Origin: an uncultured Anaerolineaceae bacterium
Lineage (GTDB): Bacteria > Chloroflexota > Dehalococcoidia > Tepidiformales > Tepidiformaceae
Assembly (NCBI GenBank): GCA_964474285.1
Contig: CAYYSD010000003.1
Location: 478 to 64,477 of the forward strand
Length of the DNA stretch: 64,000 bases
Direction of reading: 5' to 3'
The notes beneath the pieces are model-generated. The model was not told the origin of the DNA and searched no databases. It worked only from the letters and a program-made list of their open reading frames with translations. The position numbers and the translations under genes were made by a program. How positions within the stretch are numbered: the first letter of the stretch is position 1; each line of letters opens with the position of its first letter. Positions 19,601 through 26,977 of the stretch are shown piece by piece.

Positions 19601-20102
19601 TGATATCCCGCTGCTCGTCCTCTGCGATACGCCCGGGATGATGGTTGGCCCGGAAGTCGAGAAGACGGCGCTCGTCCGGCACTGCAGCCGGCTGTTTGTG
19701 ACCGGCGCGAACCTCACCATCCCGCACTTCACGATCGTGCTGCGCAAAGCGTACGGGCTGGGTGCGCAGGCGATGGCCGGGGGCGCATTCAAAGAGCCCT
19801 TCTTCGCAGTCGCCTGGCCGACGGCCGAGTTCGGCGGCATGGGCCTCGAAGGCCAGGTGAAGCTCGGGTTCCGCAACGAACTGGCCGCCATCGAAGACCC
19901 GGAGGCGCGCCTCCAGCGTTACCAGGATCTCGTCGACCGGGCCTACCAGCGGAGCAAGGCGATCAACTACGGCGTCTCGTTCGGGGTTGACGACGTCATC
20001 GACCCTTACGACTCGCGTCGCTGGCTGGGAAGCGCGCTCCGCTCGGTGCCGGCGCCGCTTCCTCGCGCCGGGAAGAAGCGCCGGAACGTCGACACCTGGT
20101 AG
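16653..20102 (+). CDS. single-chain biotin-dependent acyl-CoA carboxylase (biotin carboxylase + BCCP + carboxyltransferase)
   Basis: ATG 16653 follows GGAGGA (16644-16649). N-terminal biotin carboxylase: RLLIANRGEIAIRI, HPGYGFLSEN, KALAGGGGRG. Biotinyl domain VVMEAMKMQH, with the Lys codon at 18348-18350. The C-terminal half, about 520 aa, is a carboxyltransferase (FFAEGGGGR..., NPAHLAGAIDSEGSDKAARF). Confidence 0.9.
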   Translation: MTISRLLIANRGEIAIRIGRTAAAMGIHTTVVYSEDDANSLHTKKADAALPLRGSGAAAYLDAAQIVAVAKEAGCDAIHPGYGFLSENAALARLCSEANITFVGPSHETLELFGDKVKARQLAMHAGVPVLPGSAGAVTAEEARAFLVGLGNGKAIMIKALAGGGGRGARAVERVEDVESAYARCRSEALAAFGNGDVFVEQYLPRARHVEVQIAGDGSGAVSHLWERECSIQRRYQKLVEIAPSPGLPPELRQRLTAAAVRLASESRYASLGTFEFLVDATNLADNTAFAFIEANPRLQVEHTVTEEVLGLDLVRIQLELAGGQSLASLGLLQQDVPQPRGYAIQARVNMETMAADGSAKPSGGTLTAFEVPTGPGVRTDTFGYSGYRTNPRFDSLLAKVIVHSPSNHFDQAVAKAYRALCEFRIEGVPTNVPFLQNLMRHPSFVSGGAYTRFVEDHITELATQDGHQRLYFAPAATAAAGAARLAGVRVNALDPLAVLDYGKSGAPARAAEPEPAAPAIASDVHVPEGAAAIAAPLQGTIVQVDVAEGDFVRIGQQVVVMEAMKMQHIVASERSGTVLQVTVAAGDTVFEGHPLLLIEPSAVEVVAERGSEEVDLDHIRPDLALIHERHAVTLDAARPDAVARRRKTGQRTARENIDDLCDPGSFVEHGSLVLTPGTGLPLEEVIKRFPTDGMVTGVGTINGHLFPEPASRAVVMSYDYTVLAGTQGTVNHPKTDRMLGLAEKWRLPVVFFAEGGGGRAGTGGTRAGGQAPTPREELGGGRPLDTPTFASMARLSGHVPLVGVTSGRCFAGNAALLGCCDVIIATRNSNIGMGGPAMVEGASLGVFAPEDIGPLDVQAANGVVDVAVEDEAEAVAVAKRYLSYFQGAVSDWQCEDQRLLRTVIPENRLRIYDVRKVIETLADTGSVLELRRQFGPGMITAFARIEGRPIGIVANNPAHLAGAIDSEGSDKAARFMQLLDAFDIPLLVLCDTPGMMVGPEVEKTALVRHCSRLFVTGANLTIPHFTIVLRKAYGLGAQAMAGGAFKEPFFAVAWPTAEFGGMGLEGQVKLGFRNELAAIEDPEARLQRYQDLVDRAYQRSKAINYGVSFGVDDVIDPYDSRRWLGSALRSVPAPLPRAGKKRRNVDTW

Positions 20103-20147
20103 CACCGCTGCGCGCGAATCGCGTAGGGTAAACGGCGGAGGTAGTTC

Positions 20148-20882
20148 ATGACCAACGGCATTGTCTTCATCCATGCCTTCCCGCTCGATGGGAGCATGTG
20201 GGCGGATCAACTCGAGTCCTTAGGGCGCGATGCCCTGGCGATCGCACCAGACCTGCCCGGCTTCGGCGGCGCGCCGGGCGCGGGCTCGACCATGACCATG
20301 GATGCTGCCGCAGACCACGTCGCCCGGGCGGCCCGGGAAGCGGGCATCGACCGTGCCACCTTCATCGGCCTGTCGATGGGTGGCTACGTGGCGCTCGCGC
20401 TCTGGCGCCGGCACCGCCGGCTCGTGCGGGGGTTCGTCTTCGCGAACACGAAGGCCGAGGGAGATGACGAGCCCGGCAAAGAGCGGCGCCGTCAGCTTGC
20501 GGACAGGCTGGAGGCCGAAGGCAGCGCCTTCCTCGTGGAGAGCCCGCCGCCCCTGCTTTCGGGCGCAGCCCCTGCCACTCTGCGTGAAGACGTGAGACGG
20601 ATCATGGCGCGGCAGCGTGCGGGCTCCATCGCGGCGGCCGCCCGGGGCATGGCGGACCGTCCGGACTCGACGCCGGATCTCGCCGGCGTATCGGTCCCAA
20701 CTCTCGTAATCACATCGTCGGACGACACGCTGATCCCGCCCGCGGCCACGAAGCCGCTTGCGGACGGGATCCGCGGCGCGCGGTTCGAAACCATCCCGGG
20801 GGCCGGGCACCTTTCGAACCTGGAAGCGCCCCGCGCCTTCAACGACCTCGTCCGTTCACACCTCCGGCACGTCGGCCCCTGA
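20148..20882 (+). CDS. alpha/beta-fold hydrolase
   Basis: 244-aa ORF. VFIHAFPLDGSMW, nucleophile elbow GLSMGG and a C-terminal GAGHLSNLEAP (His). It is the last gene of the plus-strand operon. Confidence 0.8.
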   Translation: MTNGIVFIHAFPLDGSMWADQLESLGRDALAIAPDLPGFGGAPGAGSTMTMDAAADHVARAAREAGIDRATFIGLSMGGYVALALWRRHRRLVRGFVFANTKAEGDDEPGKERRRQLADRLEAEGSAFLVESPPPLLSGAAPATLREDVRRIMARQRAGSIAAAARGMADRPDSTPDLAGVSVPTLVITSSDDTLIPPAATKPLADGIRGARFETIPGAGHLSNLEAPRAFNDLVRSHLRHVGP

Positions 20883-20884
20883 GG

Positions 20885-23800
20885 TCACGGGCCGCGCCCG
20901 GTGCATGGCGCTGTCGCCCCGGCGTTGAAACCCAGCCTCTGCAGCAGCTGTCCCAGTGCGTCGTAGGGTTCTGTCTCGTCCACGGAGCCCGATGGGATGC
21001 GTGCACGGGCGAAGGCCCCCTTGAGCTGGCCGCACATGTTGTCCAGGGTCTGGGCGGAAAGCACCCACCCCAGTGGCGCCGCCACCTCTGGCGACGTGGA
21101 GAGCGAAAGGTGGACCACGTGGGGTTGCGATTTTGCCGACGGGGCCGCCGGGCCGCAGGGGATGGACTTCCTGTCGAAGACGGCCGCGGAGGTTTGTTCC
21201 AGGGCAGCCGTGGTCACCGGGTTGGCGGCGAGGAACGTTGAGACGGGCAGTACGAGCTCCAGTGGGCGTCCGGGGTCGGCCGCGCTCGCCGAACTCTGGT
21301 AGCCGCTCGACAGCACCACGAGCCACGGCTCAATGCAGTTCACGCCCTTTGCGTTGTGTTCACGGACCTGCTGCTGCACACCGACCCACATCTGCAAAGC
21401 GGTGAGAATGCCGCTTCCTTCGATGTAGCCGCCGTCCACCGCGTACGTCGTCTTGCGGTCAAACTCTGGCGCCGCGGCCGGAGCTTCGGGCGCAGCCTGG
21501 ACGACGCTTCCGCCGCCCGGAGCCGTCGGCCGAGCGATGCAACGGTAGAGCGCGCCCGACGGTGCGACGCCAGGGAAGCGCGCGGAAAGATACCCGGCGG
21601 TGAGCGCGGAGATCCGTGAACGAGTGTCTTCGGCATTGGAGCACCTGGGGAGCGAACCGTCGCTGCTTTCGCCGTCGCCCCGCGCCTGGACCGCCCGGCC
21701 CCCATCGATGGCGCCGCTCACGGGCCCGGTGAGCGAGGTAGTGTCGAGGCAGTTGAGTCCGTCGTTTGCGGGCAGATCCAACGTGTTGCTGAGGATCACG
21801 CGGCATCCGTCGGTCACCGATGTGGCGTTGAAAGCCACGACGGGCGTCCACGAAGTTCCCGGCCCGGAAGCCTCGTCGAGCGTCAGTGGGCGCGTTCGAT
21901 TTGTTGCCTCGTCTGTCACTGCGAACTTCGGTACTGCCTCCAGCCATCGCTCTTGCATCAGCTCGGCGCGGTCCTTCCAGCCGGTCTGGATGCCAAGCAA
22001 CGGCTGGGGAGCGTCGCGCAGGAACAGCGCCGCGAACGCCGAAGCCAGCCCGTCGTCGCGAAACATCTTTCGGATGTGCTCTTCCGAGTAGGCAGGCTCC
22101 GCGGATGGCGCCTGCCCGGCGGATTCCGTTTTCGTGGTCGCCAGCCATGTCGCAGTGCCGACGGAACCGCCCGACACGCTGCTGATCGCGAACACGCTGT
22201 GCGCAGCGCAGTCGTTGCCCGTGAAGAGAGCGTCCAGTCCGATGGACGCCCAATACCCGGCCTTGGCGCCACCGCCGGGGATGGCCACGAACACCATCGG
22301 CGTGGCGTTGCCTGGCGTGCATGCGTGTGCGTTGGGCAGCCATGCATCGAACGCCGCGCCGATGGACGCGTAACGTCCCGGAGTGGCGTCTCCGGGCTTG
22401 ATCACCTCGGCGTCGTGGTAGCCCCCTTCGCGGTTGAGCATGCTCGCCGTCAGCCAGGTGATGGCCAGCAGCGCCAGGAGCGGCATTCTGTGGCCAAGCC
22501 CGAGGCGGCGTGCGGCGCCCCAGCCGTTCCGGCGCTGTCCCACGTTGATCAGGCTGCCAAGGACGACGGCATAGGTGCCGACGCAGATAGCGATGGTGCC
22601 CGTCGTGCCCCAGTGCACCGCATATTCCGGTTTCAGGAGCAGGGAGAGGCCACCCAGCGCCGTCAGCCCACCGGCGCCGGCGAGCAGTCCTCTGCTCGCG
22701 GACTGCACATTGGGAACGAAGCGAACAACGACCTGCATGACGAAGCCGCCGGTCCCGGCGACCATGATTCCGACGACCACGGGCCAGGCCCAGGCCCCGC
22801 CTTCGAGAACCAGGCCCGGCAAGGCCGCCCGCGCGAGGCCGATTCCGCCAACCATCGCGGCAACGCCGCCGAGGCCTCCGATCCACGCGAGGCCCTTCGG
22901 CCCGGGACGCGCTCCTGCGAACCGGGCCTGGGCCCCTCCCGCAGGGCCCACGCCGATGCCCGAGAGTGCCAGGACTCCGCCCAGCGCCGAGATCACCGCA
23001 GCCACGATCAGCGGAGCCAGCCAGGTTACCCCGCTCACCGTTCCATCGACCACGACCTGAAGGATGAGCACGACTACCGACACCAGAGCGGCTGCGACAA
23101 GCACCATCCAACTGCGAACCTCGCGGCCCGCGGGTGCGTCAGGGGAAGCCAGGGAGGCGTAGGCCCCGGCCATCACCGAGAACGGCAGCGAGGCGATGGC
23201 GACCGCGGCCATCAGGAACGGCCAGCGGTTGCCGTTGGCCCACTCCAGCATCTGGTAGCGCAGCACGTCGGGTATCTGGTCGAGCGTGTCCCCGGCCGGG
23301 TAGCACACGAAGACGGCAAACACCGCGATGAGCACGACGAGCCACGATAGCGTGATGAACGGGGCCTGCTCTCCCCCGGAACGCTGCGCTGCCGCTGCCT
23401 GTCGCACCACATTGGGGACGGACGGCGTGTCCGGTGCATCGTGGAACAGGCAACCGATCAGGAGCGCTACCGTCCCGGCTACGGCGACCCACTTGGCGAA
23501 AGCGAGCCATGGGATGACGGGCAGGAGCGCGTTGCCATCGTTGAGATCCCACAGGATCTGCGCCGTCACTACGGTCTCGAGGAGGTCGGCGGCGAGCAAC
23601 GCGAGCGGTCCGGCAAACCACGAGACTCCCGGCGCACCAAGCCGCTTGATCGCGCAGGCCAGGAAGCATGCGAATACGGGGACATAGAACAGGTCGATCG
23701 CCGTATGCCAGCGCACGATCGACTGCGCGACCACGCCTCCGCCCGCGGCCTCGGCGGTGGCGTCGACCTCCGTCCACACCTCGACGGCCGAACGGAGCGT

Positions 23801-24145
23801 TTTGGTGTCCCAGGGTGTGGGGTTGAAGCCGCTGTAGGCACCGGGGCCAAATGACAGGCTGCCGGCCGCCTGCGCAGCCTGGAGGAGGCGCCCGAGTTCC
23901 TGCAACAGGACGAACCCAAGGACCATCAGGCCAGTTGCCGCCCAGAAGACGAACTGGTGGTTTGCAACCGGAGCGAACCCCTTCGCCCATGGAGACATCA
24001 GTCTGCCGAGGCGAACGAGGAACTTCTGAACAGTGGAAGAGATGCTGCGCATTCCGCTCTCCTGTCCGGCGTCATTCGGCGCCCGAAGATTCGTTGCCGT
24101 TATACATCCGTCTGCACCGCATCTCAAGAGAACGACGTCACCCAA
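20885..24145 (-). CDS. polytopic membrane protein with C-terminal patatin-like phospholipase domain
   Basis: 1086-aa ORF. The start is uncertain, with an alternative Met at 24052. Residues about 60-570 are a run of hydrophobic, Gly/Ala/Val-rich helices. Residues about 615-960 carry the patatin motifs AIPGGGAKAG (oxyanion), SGGSVG (G-x-S-x-G, Ser661) and YAVDGGYIEGSG (Asp904). Confidence 0.7.
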   Translation of the reverse strand: MGDVVLLRCGADGCITATNLRAPNDAGQESGMRSISSTVQKFLVRLGRLMSPWAKGFAPVANHQFVFWAATGLMVLGFVLLQELGRLLQAAQAAGSLSFGPGAYSGFNPTPWDTKTLRSAVEVWTEVDATAEAAGGGVVAQSIVRWHTAIDLFYVPVFACFLACAIKRLGAPGVSWFAGPLALLAADLLETVVTAQILWDLNDGNALLPVIPWLAFAKWVAVAGTVALLIGCLFHDAPDTPSVPNVVRQAAAAQRSGGEQAPFITLSWLVVLIAVFAVFVCYPAGDTLDQIPDVLRYQMLEWANGNRWPFLMAAVAIASLPFSVMAGAYASLASPDAPAGREVRSWMVLVAAALVSVVVLILQVVVDGTVSGVTWLAPLIVAAVISALGGVLALSGIGVGPAGGAQARFAGARPGPKGLAWIGGLGGVAAMVGGIGLARAALPGLVLEGGAWAWPVVVGIMVAGTGGFVMQVVVRFVPNVQSASRGLLAGAGGLTALGGLSLLLKPEYAVHWGTTGTIAICVGTYAVVLGSLINVGQRRNGWGAARRLGLGHRMPLLALLAITWLTASMLNREGGYHDAEVIKPGDATPGRYASIGAAFDAWLPNAHACTPGNATPMVFVAIPGGGAKAGYWASIGLDALFTGNDCAAHSVFAISSVSGGSVGTATWLATTKTESAGQAPSAEPAYSEEHIRKMFRDDGLASAFAALFLRDAPQPLLGIQTGWKDRAELMQERWLEAVPKFAVTDEATNRTRPLTLDEASGPGTSWTPVVAFNATSVTDGCRVILSNTLDLPANDGLNCLDTTSLTGPVSGAIDGGRAVQARGDGESSDGSLPRCSNAEDTRSRISALTAGYLSARFPGVAPSGALYRCIARPTAPGGGSVVQAAPEAPAAAPEFDRKTTYAVDGGYIEGSGILTALQMWVGVQQQVREHNAKGVNCIEPWLVVLSSGYQSSASAADPGRPLELVLPVSTFLAANPVTTAALEQTSAAVFDRKSIPCGPAAPSAKSQPHVVHLSLSTSPEVAAPLGWVLSAQTLDNMCGQLKGAFARARIPSGSVDETEPYDALGQLLQRLGFNAGATAPCTGRGP

Positions 24146-24204
24146 CAGGACGGGGCCTCAGTCCGGTGGGGCCGCGATGATGGGTCGCACGGACGTTACG
24201 ACGG

Positions 24205-24705
24205 GTGGTGATGGCGTGGTCCACTGCACCCATGGATACGCAGACGTGGGAAGTTGAACAGGTCGACATGGAGCCCGTGACGGGGCTCGGCATCCGCGAA
24301 GTGGTGAACGGGGAAGCGGCGCTGCCAGCGTTCTTTGACGGGGCATTTGGTGAAATCGCGGCGTATATTGGTGCGCATGGAGGCGCGTTTGCCGGTCCGC
24401 CGTTTGCACAGTACTTCAACATCGATGCCACAGCTGTCGATGTGCAGGTAGTATTCCCAACAGCCCGGCCCCTGGATGGTTCGGGCCGCATCGAACCGGT
24501 GAGCCTCCCGGGCGGTTCGGCCGCGCAGGTGGAGTACCTCGGGCCGTATGAAGAGATGGTCCCGGCCTACGACGCCATCAACGCCTGGCTGGCAACGACA
24601 GGGCGAAGGGCGTCCGGCCCACCTCGCGAGATCTACTTCACGAGCCCAAAGGAAGAGCCGGATCCGGCCAAGTGGCGCACAGTCATCGTGCAGCCGATCG
24701 AATAG
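24205..24705 (+). CDS. GyrI-like small-molecule-binding domain protein
   Basis: 166-aa ORF, with a possible start at Met 24232. The pattern V..V...PV.G.R ... F..AF.EI..Y ... GPPFAQY ... EIYFTSP matches the GyrI-like/AraC-effector-binding fold. This is a by-eye call. Confidence 0.6.
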   Translation: MVMAWSTAPMDTQTWEVEQVDMEPVTGLGIREVVNGEAALPAFFDGAFGEIAAYIGAHGGAFAGPPFAQYFNIDATAVDVQVVFPTARPLDGSGRIEPVSLPGGSAAQVEYLGPYEEMVPAYDAINAWLATTGRRASGPPREIYFTSPKEEPDPAKWRTVIVQPIE

Positions 24706-24790
24706 CTCATCGTCTGGACCAGCCCGGCCCCAGCGGCTATAACCATCGCGACACGGCTTCGGTAGTCCGCCGTACTCGCAGGAGACGCAG

Positions 24791-25867
24791 ATGGCGCTGG
24801 AACGGCTCAAGATCCCCGAACATCTCACGGTCAGGGTCCCCGAAGGGGTGATGCGCGCCGCCGTTGTCGATCTCTTTGTCGTGAACGGGATGCCGCAGGC
24901 AGACGCACAGCAGGCGGCGGATGTGCTCATCTGGGCAGACCTGCATGGGGTCGATTCGCACGGCGTGAGCAACATGATGGTCTCCTACCTGAACGGTTTG
25001 AAAGCCGGCACCATCAACCCGGCGCCCCAATGCCGAACGATCCGCGAGTCGCCCGGTACGGCCACCATCGACAGCGACCGCGGTCTCGGCCTCGTGGCTG
25101 GTCCTGCGGCGATGCGAATTGCCATCGATAAAGCCATGAGCGTCGGCGTCGGCTGTGTAGTCGTGAACAACGGCCGGCACTTTGGCGCGGCGGGCTATCA
25201 CGCGGCGATGGCGCTCGAACACGACATGCTTGGCATGGCGATGACCGTCGGCGGCCTCTCCGTCGTCCCCACATATGGAGCGAAAGCGATGGTTGGCCTG
25301 AACCCGCTCGCGTTCGCCGCGCCTGCGCGCAACGAGGCGCCGTTCATTTTCGACGCTTCCATGAGCTCCGTCGCCGGCAACAAGATCCGGCTTGCGCGGC
25401 GCATGGGAGCGCAGGCCGCGGGCGGTTGGATCGCCGGGCCGGACGGCACTCCGCTCATGGAAGACAGCCCGGTGCCGGACCAATTCATGATGCTCCCTCT
25501 CGGGGCAACCCGGGATATCGGCTCCCACAAGGGCTACTCCCTCGCCGTCATGGTCGACATCCTCACCGGTGTGCTTGCGGGTGTCGGCCCCGGCTTCACC
25601 GCGGGTGGCAACGTCTCTCATCACTTCCTCGCCTACCGGATCGATGCGTTCACCGATGTGGATGAGTTCAAGGACCACATGGATGTCTACCTCCGCGGCC
25701 TGCAGGAGACGCCGACCGCGCCCGGGCATTCCCGCGTCGAATACGCCGGCCTGGGCATGAGTGAAGCGCTGGCCGATCGCAGCGTGAACGGCATCCCCTA
25801 CCACCGCGAGGTCGTCGACCAATTCAAGGCATGGGCCGCAGAATACGGCACGGCCGATCGCCTGTAG
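24791..25867 (+). CDS. Ldh_2 family (malate/L-lactate dehydrogenase type 2) oxidoreductase
   Basis: 358-aa ORF. LHGVDSHGVSNM, NNGRHFGAAGYHA, GSHKGYSLAVMVDILTG. Confidence 0.8.
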   Translation: MALERLKIPEHLTVRVPEGVMRAAVVDLFVVNGMPQADAQQAADVLIWADLHGVDSHGVSNMMVSYLNGLKAGTINPAPQCRTIRESPGTATIDSDRGLGLVAGPAAMRIAIDKAMSVGVGCVVVNNGRHFGAAGYHAAMALEHDMLGMAMTVGGLSVVPTYGAKAMVGLNPLAFAAPARNEAPFIFDASMSSVAGNKIRLARRMGAQAAGGWIAGPDGTPLMEDSPVPDQFMMLPLGATRDIGSHKGYSLAVMVDILTGVLAGVGPGFTAGGNVSHHFLAYRIDAFTDVDEFKDHMDVYLRGLQETPTAPGHSRVEYAGLGMSEALADRSVNGIPYHREVVDQFKAWAAEYGTADRL

Positions 25868-25881
25868 CCCGGAGGAACACG

Positions 25882-26901
25882 ATGCCTTTTCCGAAGCCGG
25901 TCACGCCGGACACCGTATACGAGCCCGTGCCCATGTGGGCGAAGGTGCCGCACGGCCTCTGGCTGCGCGAGGCCACTTCCGTCACCGTCGATTCCGAGGA
26001 CAACGTCTACGTTTTCAATCGCGGCAACATGCCCGTACTCGTCTTCGACCGTGACGGCAACGTTGTCCGCATGTGGGGCAACGACAACCCCTGGCAGGGC
26101 GTCACCGAGATCATCGATCCGTATGGCAATCCGATGAAGAAGTGGGAAGGCACCCAGTACACCTGGGCCCACTCCATTCGCAGTGACCACGAAGACAACC
26201 TCTGGCTTGTCGACAATGTCGGGAACAAGCTGTTCAAGACCAGCCGGACGGGCACGACGCTCATGACCCTGGGCACCGGGGTGCCTGCCCCGCGTCAGAG
26301 CGGTCAGATGTTCAACCGCCCGACCGACATCGCCGTGAACCCCTCGAACGGCGACGTGTTCGTTTCCGATGGCTACGGCAATTCGCGTGTGCACCGGCTG
26401 GACAAAGCGGGCAACCACATCCTCTCGTGGGGCGAACCGGGTTCGGACCACGGCCAGTTCAGCCTGCCCCACAACATCGCGATGCTCGGCACGGACCGTG
26501 TCATCGTCTGTGACCGCGAGAACCACCGTGTCCAGGTGTTTACGACCGAGGGCGAATTCGTGAACGCCTGGCACGTGCACCATGCGGTCGCCGTCTGGGC
26601 CAGCCGCCACGACGACAACACGGTCTACATCGCTGAGCAGGGTCCGCCCCCGGTGCAGTTCGGTGTGCCCAATCTCGGGCACCGTGTTTCGATCTACACC
26701 CGTGACGGCGAGCTCCAGACGCGCATCGGCGCCCGCCTTCCCGGCGAAGCGCCTGACCAGTTCCTCTGGCCGCACAGCCTCTCAGTCGATTCCGAAGGCA
26801 GCATCTACGTGGCTGATGTCTCTTACGTGGAGGTGGGTTCGAAGCACAACCCGCCGCGCGAAATGGTCAGCCTGCATAAGTGGCGGCGCGTCCGGAACTG
26901 A
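25882..26901 (+). CDS. NHL-repeat six-bladed beta-propeller, peptidyl-alpha-hydroxyglycine alpha-amidating lyase (PAL)-like
   Basis: ATG 25882 follows GGAGGA. RPTDIAVNPSNGDVFVSDGYGNSRVHRLDKAGNHI resembles the PAL motif DGYCNSRI. NHL-type blades repeat. No signal peptide is evident. Confidence 0.65.
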   Translation: MPFPKPVTPDTVYEPVPMWAKVPHGLWLREATSVTVDSEDNVYVFNRGNMPVLVFDRDGNVVRMWGNDNPWQGVTEIIDPYGNPMKKWEGTQYTWAHSIRSDHEDNLWLVDNVGNKLFKTSRTGTTLMTLGTGVPAPRQSGQMFNRPTDIAVNPSNGDVFVSDGYGNSRVHRLDKAGNHILSWGEPGSDHGQFSLPHNIAMLGTDRVIVCDRENHRVQVFTTEGEFVNAWHVHHAVAVWASRHDDNTVYIAEQGPPPVQFGVPNLGHRVSIYTRDGELQTRIGARLPGEAPDQFLWPHSLSVDSEGSIYVADVSYVEVGSKHNPPREMVSLHKWRRVRN

Positions 26902-26977
26902 AACGTCCCAAAGTCACACGGGCGCAACGGACGCGCGTATGCTTTGCCCCGCCGCTTCTCGGCGCACGGGGATTCCG

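Noticed and set aside
16635-20210. 474-aa and 663-aa antisense ORFs opposite the carboxylase gene
   Set aside because: Same shadow-ORF signature. The plus-strand frame encodes unmistakable BC, BCCP and CT motifs throughout.
21459-23350. Long ORFs (550 aa on the minus strand, 465 aa on the plus strand) overlapping the membrane/patatin gene in other frames
   Set aside because: Their products are Arg/Pro/Gly/Ala-rich and low in complexity, with no recognisable motifs. This is typical of stop-codon-poor shadow frames in GC-rich DNA. The 20885..24145 frame carries coherent TM helices and patatin motifs.
20885-24145. Patatin-domain protein as a CBASS-like or other phage-defence effector
   Set aside because: There is no cyclase/nucleotidyltransferase, sensor or other defence gene nearby. 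It lies 39 kb from cas3, within metabolic genes, and shows no compositional anomaly.
26582-26977. N-terminal extensions given by the ORF track: acylase from 26582, and also 34442..35839, 36330..38147, 42815..44092, 53655..54953, 57699..60131 and 13071..14141
   Set aside because: The extensions overlap the upstream genes or promoter boxes, are compositionally shadow-like, and lack an RBS. Internal starts with ATGA/TGATG coupling or GGAGG-type RBS fit the protein families much better.
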